A stretch of DNA of 64,000 bases, taken from assembly GCF_000981445.1 (NCBI RefSeq), contig NC_027219.1, positions 248,001 to 312,000 of the forward strand, written 5' to 3'. Below the pieces are notes generated by a model. That model saw only the letters and a program-made list of their open reading frames with translations. It did not search any database and was not told the origin of the DNA. Every line of letters starts with the position of its first letter. Positions within the stretch are counted from its first letter, which is position 1. This DNA is from Babesia bigemina. Taxonomy: Eukaryota. A program made the translations under genes and the position numbers. Below, piece by piece: positions 59,740 to 64,000 of the stretch.

Positions 59740-61541
59740 TCACAACGCCGTACCGCGCTCCAAATTCTGTTTTATTTCAGCTGTGTGTGTCTTGAAGGCT
59801 CTGTCTAGTTTCATGTTGTACACACGGTTGCGATCGTTGATGTACGACACGTCCTTCGCGTCGTCGTCGAACGCACGTCGTCGACTGAACTTTTCCCTGC
59901 GCAAATCTGACCACACACGTCAGCCAAACACACCTTTGTTTGTACTGCTTCTCAAGGTTACGCACCACAGTCAGCTTCGCGGCTTCTGTTGGCACTGTGG
60001 ACGTAATTCCGGGCTTGTAGAAGTTGTCGCCCATCTGGGCCTTCTGTAGCTCGTACTCCTCCTGGTTGAATGCAGTTTCGTTCAGCCTGAGCATCCGTGA
60101 ATACAGAATACAGTCGGGACATTAAGACACGTAGCAAAATGAATGGCAATGCCAAATGCCTCCATCGGCGCCAAGGCGCCTCACTCGCCTAACCGAAAGC
60201 CAGAGGCTACTTCGTGGGCACGTTTTGTTGATTCCCGCACTTGCTAACGGCAACAACATTCGATTCTGTCACCTAGACTGCACCGCGGTGCGCCGACAAC
60301 ATTTCCATGCGCATCACCAACCTTTTTTTGTGCGCCCTGTAGAGCGCGTCCTGGTTGAAGACGTTCCATCCAAAGGTCTTGCCCTTCTCCTTCTTCAGAG
60401 CCTGTTGGTGGCGTTTCTCCACTGCGATAGCGGCCTTGTTGAGGCTGGGGTTGCGATTAAAGTTGACCGTGGAGTTGTCTTCGCGTAGTCCAAGCACCGA
60501 CTTGTAGTGCTCGTTGAGCTTCTTCGGATCCCCGCCAAGCTTGTGTTCTACTTCCACCGATTCCTGATTCAACTGGGAGCACTCATCCAGGCGTTTGCTG
60601 AGTGCGCGCAGCTTCTGCGCCAGCGGGTCTTCGTCGTCACCATCATCGTCAGATGCGGAATCCTCTGATTCGCTCGATTCACTGGTGTCACCCTGCGCCT
60701 CCACCGCAGCAGCGGCAGGCTTAGGTTCCGCGGGTGCGTCCGGCTCGACGTAGTACTGGTACTCGCTGTCGGCGTCGTACGTCGGTATGAAGTGGAGGCT
60801 CTTTCCGCCGAGCGCCTCTGCGACGTACTGCTTGCCGATCGCCGCCGCCGAATCGGGCCTTATGGAACGCTTTCGAATGACCTTCCCGGTGTACAGGCAG
60901 CGGAGCTCTTCCGGTTCTTCCTCATCTGAGTCCGAATCGTTTGGACGCAGCGACTCCATGAGTGTGTTCACGAGGTCTCGCTGCTTCGACATTTGGCCGA
61001 CCTTCCTGGGCGTGTATTCAAGCAGACCGCACCGCAGGATGCCAACTTCCACCTTGGGTGCATTGCGCGCGTCAAGGGGCACGTTTTCAACCGCTCGGAT
61101 AAATTCCATTCCCTGGACGACTCGGGCGAAGACGTGATGCCGATCGTCAAGGCGCGGGTCCCGCCCGAGCGTGATGACGAACTGCGAGCCATAGCCTTCT
61201 TTATTGATTCGCTTCATAGACAGCAGCCCCGCCTGCGAGTGCCTGCGCGTGTTAGGAGCCTCATTGAAGTAACCGCCGAAGGCGCTTGATCCGCCGTCAC
61301 CGTTGTTATGTTCGAAGTCACCGCATTCGAAATACTGCCCAGCAACTACCCGGTATACGCGACAACCGGTGTATGAGAGCGTTCGCCTCTTTCCGAGAAC
61401 GGATCCCACGACTTTGCCGAGGCATAGCAACCGGAAGTTCTCCGCAATCGAGTCCCCGGCATCGTCAAAAAATTCGAATACCACCCGTCCGCTGAGATTG
61501 GCTCCGACGCCAATGTCGAAGAACCCACGCAGAGCCGCCAT
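59740..61541 (-). CDS. Cyclophilin-like domain fused to a SYF2 splicing-factor domain, 3 exons
   Basis: N-terminal AENFRLLC.G...GDF...G.GG.S; C-terminal [18 protein letters not shown] and spliced [31 protein letters not shown]...[11 protein letters not shown]. Confidence 0.88.
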
Positions 61542-61678
61542 TTGTAAACGGCTTTAGGGGTGGATGTGTAGCAAATGGCGCCAGTCGCTGCGCGCCCGGT
61601 CGCGCCTTGTTGGGGCGATGTCTAGGCGCCGCCTCGATCACTGATCCACGTCGGCGTGGATTTATCGCATCGGTCGAA

Positions 61679-62507
61679 ATGAGGATCGACAAATGCTGGC
61701 TATGCTCCAGCAACATTTACCCGGGTAGGTGATAGCTCCGTTCTTCTCCCAGCGACACATGGTCTTCCAGGTCACGGGATCGTGTTCGTCCGCAATGACT
61801 CGAAGATATTCCGCTTCTGCCGCAGCAAGTGCCACAAGCACTTCAAGGCGAAGCACAACCCGCGCAAGCTGAAATGGACGAAGGCTGCGCGTCGGCTGGC
61901 AGGTAGGATTCTTAATACTACGGCAATTTTGTGACCCGTGGCTGCCCAACTGGCGCAAAACGCGTTACTCGCGAGGGTTGCGGACCGTGTGCGTGTTTAT
62001 GTGGAGAATGGCATTCGCTGTGTGACCTGGATGTGTCGACCGTCGTAACAACTACACAAACTGGCGCAGGCAAAGAGATGGTCACCGACGACTCCGTGGA
62101 GATGGAGCGTCGCCGCAACGTGCCGGTGCGCTACGACCGCAACATGTACATCACTGCGATAAAGACCATCCAGAAAGCCGAGCGCGTCGAAGAGCTGCGG
62201 AAGATTCTCATGAGGAGGCAGCGACGCCGCGCTCTAATCGCCAAGAAGCGCACGCTGGCCGAGAAAGAGCTGGAGACGCACAGTCACATCCTCGAGGTGC
62301 CGAACGACCTACTGGAGCGCCGCGAAATGGACGGCGAGGACGTCGTTATGGAGAGCAAGGTGGGTTTTTGCGTATTTAAGCGTTACGTCGTCGCAGACAA
62401 AGCGGGTTACACGACACATGAAGGTGTCGAAACCGAAGGAGCTTGTGCAAGTTCGCAAGACGATCAAGAAGCCGCGTCGCTCGGACGACGCCATGGACAT
62501 CGACTGA
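61679..62507 (+). CDS. RLP24: Ribosome biogenesis protein RLP24 (L24e family), 4 exons
   Basis: [54 protein letters not shown]...[10 protein letters not shown]. Confidence 0.93.
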
Positions 62508-62561
62508 AGGCGGGTGGGGTACGCCCATCGCGCCATCCGAACCACTTTATAATTCACGCTA

Positions 62562-63070
62562 ATGGAACAATCATACGATTCTACTACAACGCTGCAGGTT
62601 GTGTAGTAATGTGTATTTTTGACCCCGCCGCAGCAATTCCAGTTGCTCCAGGAGACACAGGCGCAGATCGAGGTCCTGAACACGCAAATCAACAAAATCA
62701 ATAAACGGATTGGCGGTCTTCAGGTTGGCCAGAAGCGTTGCGAGGCCGCGCTCGAATCGGTAGGCCGCACACGCCCACGCGCCTTCACAGTGCGCAGCTT
62801 GAAAACACCCAACCCGGTCAGCGGGTTTACAAACAGGTCTCCCGCGTGTAAGTTTAGAGAGTCTGTGTTACATACACGCGCAGCTTAATTTTGCGGGATC
62901 CGTCGGAGCTGCAAGCCGAGATTACAAGCGAACGCGAATCTGCTGCCAAGGACCTGCCTAAATTGACCGCAGTGAAGGCACAGCTGGTGGCAAAGCTCGG
63001 CGGGTTGAACGCCCAATTTGTGGACCTCAATACCCAGCTGCGGCAGGCAGTCTTCCGTCAGCCGTCGTGA
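62562..63070 (+). CDS. Prefoldin beta-type subunit (possibly subunit 1), 4 exons
   Basis: Spliced coiled coil, RVYKQVSRV|LIL beta-hairpin, coiled coil; three short GT-AG introns in phase. Confidence 0.7.
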
Positions 63071-63165
63071 GCCCTCTGTCGCGTGCTCCGGGGCCACCTT
63101 CGGAGATTTAGGAGGGGATTCTATCGTTGGTTACTGAGTGGAGATTACGTGTCTGCTTCGACAAG

Positions 63166-63769
63166 ATGTTGCACATTTTGCTTGTGTTGTGTGTCATCAC
63201 GTGCATCTGCGATCTGTTCGGTGCTGGGCTGCGTCGAGTTTCCGCCTTGCTGCAGGCGCTGGAGGAAAGGCGAGCGGCTGCGAACCCCGCAATGTTCAAT
63301 AGTGAGGGACAGGTGCCGACGATGACGGACATCGCGATGCGCTTCATTGCCTCGAAACTGAACATCTACAAGATATTAAGGATGATCGTCGGACTCATCG
63401 GCGTGTTGTCCAACATCATCCTGCCCTACTACCTCCTAAGCAGATTCACCAAGACCACGAACGCCAGCTATCACCGCCAGACATATTCGTACATGCCCTT
63501 CATGATCGTCGACTTCGAGCGCGTCCCCGTCTCGGAGATCGACTTGGCAGAGGTAAGTGCCACGTCGAGTTGGACACAGTGTGCAGGTGCCAACGTCGGG
63601 TGCGAAGAAGCCGGAGGACATTAACGTGTTGACATCCTTCAACAGATACATCGCGTTCATGGTCTCTAGGGTTGCGATGAAAGCCATATATTCCACCTTC
63701 TACGCAGCCTGCAACCCGGCGGGTTACCTTGAGCAGATGATGCAGCGCGACAAGGAAACCAAAGCATAA
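63166..63769 (+). CDS. Small hypothetical membrane protein, 2 exons
   Basis: Hydrophobic N-terminus, second hydrophobic helix ILRMIVGLIGVLSNIILPYYLL; GTAAGT...TGCAG intron. Confidence 0.55.
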
Positions 63770-63813
63770 AATCCCTTCACAATGCCCTAATATTACACTA
63801 CTTACTTTACACG

Positions 63814-64000
63814 ATGAATGTGCAGCTCATTTCTGCGGAAGGTGACGTGTTCACCGTAGAGCGCCACGTAATCTCGCTCAGCGTCGTCCTGAACAACACG
63901 CTTCAAGGTGAGCCGCTTTCTCAACCTCGCACATGAGCCCAGATTACGATGACAGCAGCGAGCTGGAGCCCATACAGCTGCCAGAAATCAGCACGCGTAT
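63814..64000 (+). CDS. SKP1: SKP1-family protein, 5' part; runs off the window
   Basis: MNVQLISAEGDVFTVERHVISLSVVLNNTLQ|DYDDSSELEPIQLPEISTR. Confidence 0.8.

Overview
Gene-dense eukaryotic chromosomal segment from an apicomplexan piroplasm, most likely Babesia of the B. bigemina/B. ovata type. This is inferred from very short GT-AG introns, an apicoplast-type Cpn60, VESA-like 'YNSLT..P.N.KE..DWL' proteins and a 6-Cys-like family fragment. A GC-rich core carries housekeeping genes: nicalin, UBC13, MCM3, p24, mitochondrial S12, U2AF65, Pol alpha, CAF-1 p60, a Cid1-type nucleotidyltransferase, Cpn60, CCDC130/CWC16, ATP10, CCT7, SF3B1, PRP19, DDX52, IMPDH, cyclophilin-SYF2, RLP24, prefoldin and SKP1. 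Two AT-richer accessory stretches interrupt it (about 6.0-9.4 kb and 49.6-57.8 kb). The second holds a head-to-head pair of VESA-like paralogs with repeat extensions and a 6-Cys-like pseudogene between them. The most notable hidden structure is a 444-bp, about 98% identical inverted repeat pair (6918-7361 and 49895-50338) bracketing about 42.5 kb. It appears to be a decayed protein-coding exon, and the second copy can be spliced in frame onto the VESA-like gene. No tRNA, rRNA, CRISPR array or recognisable transposon was seen. Exon boundaries were read by eye and no database searches were run.
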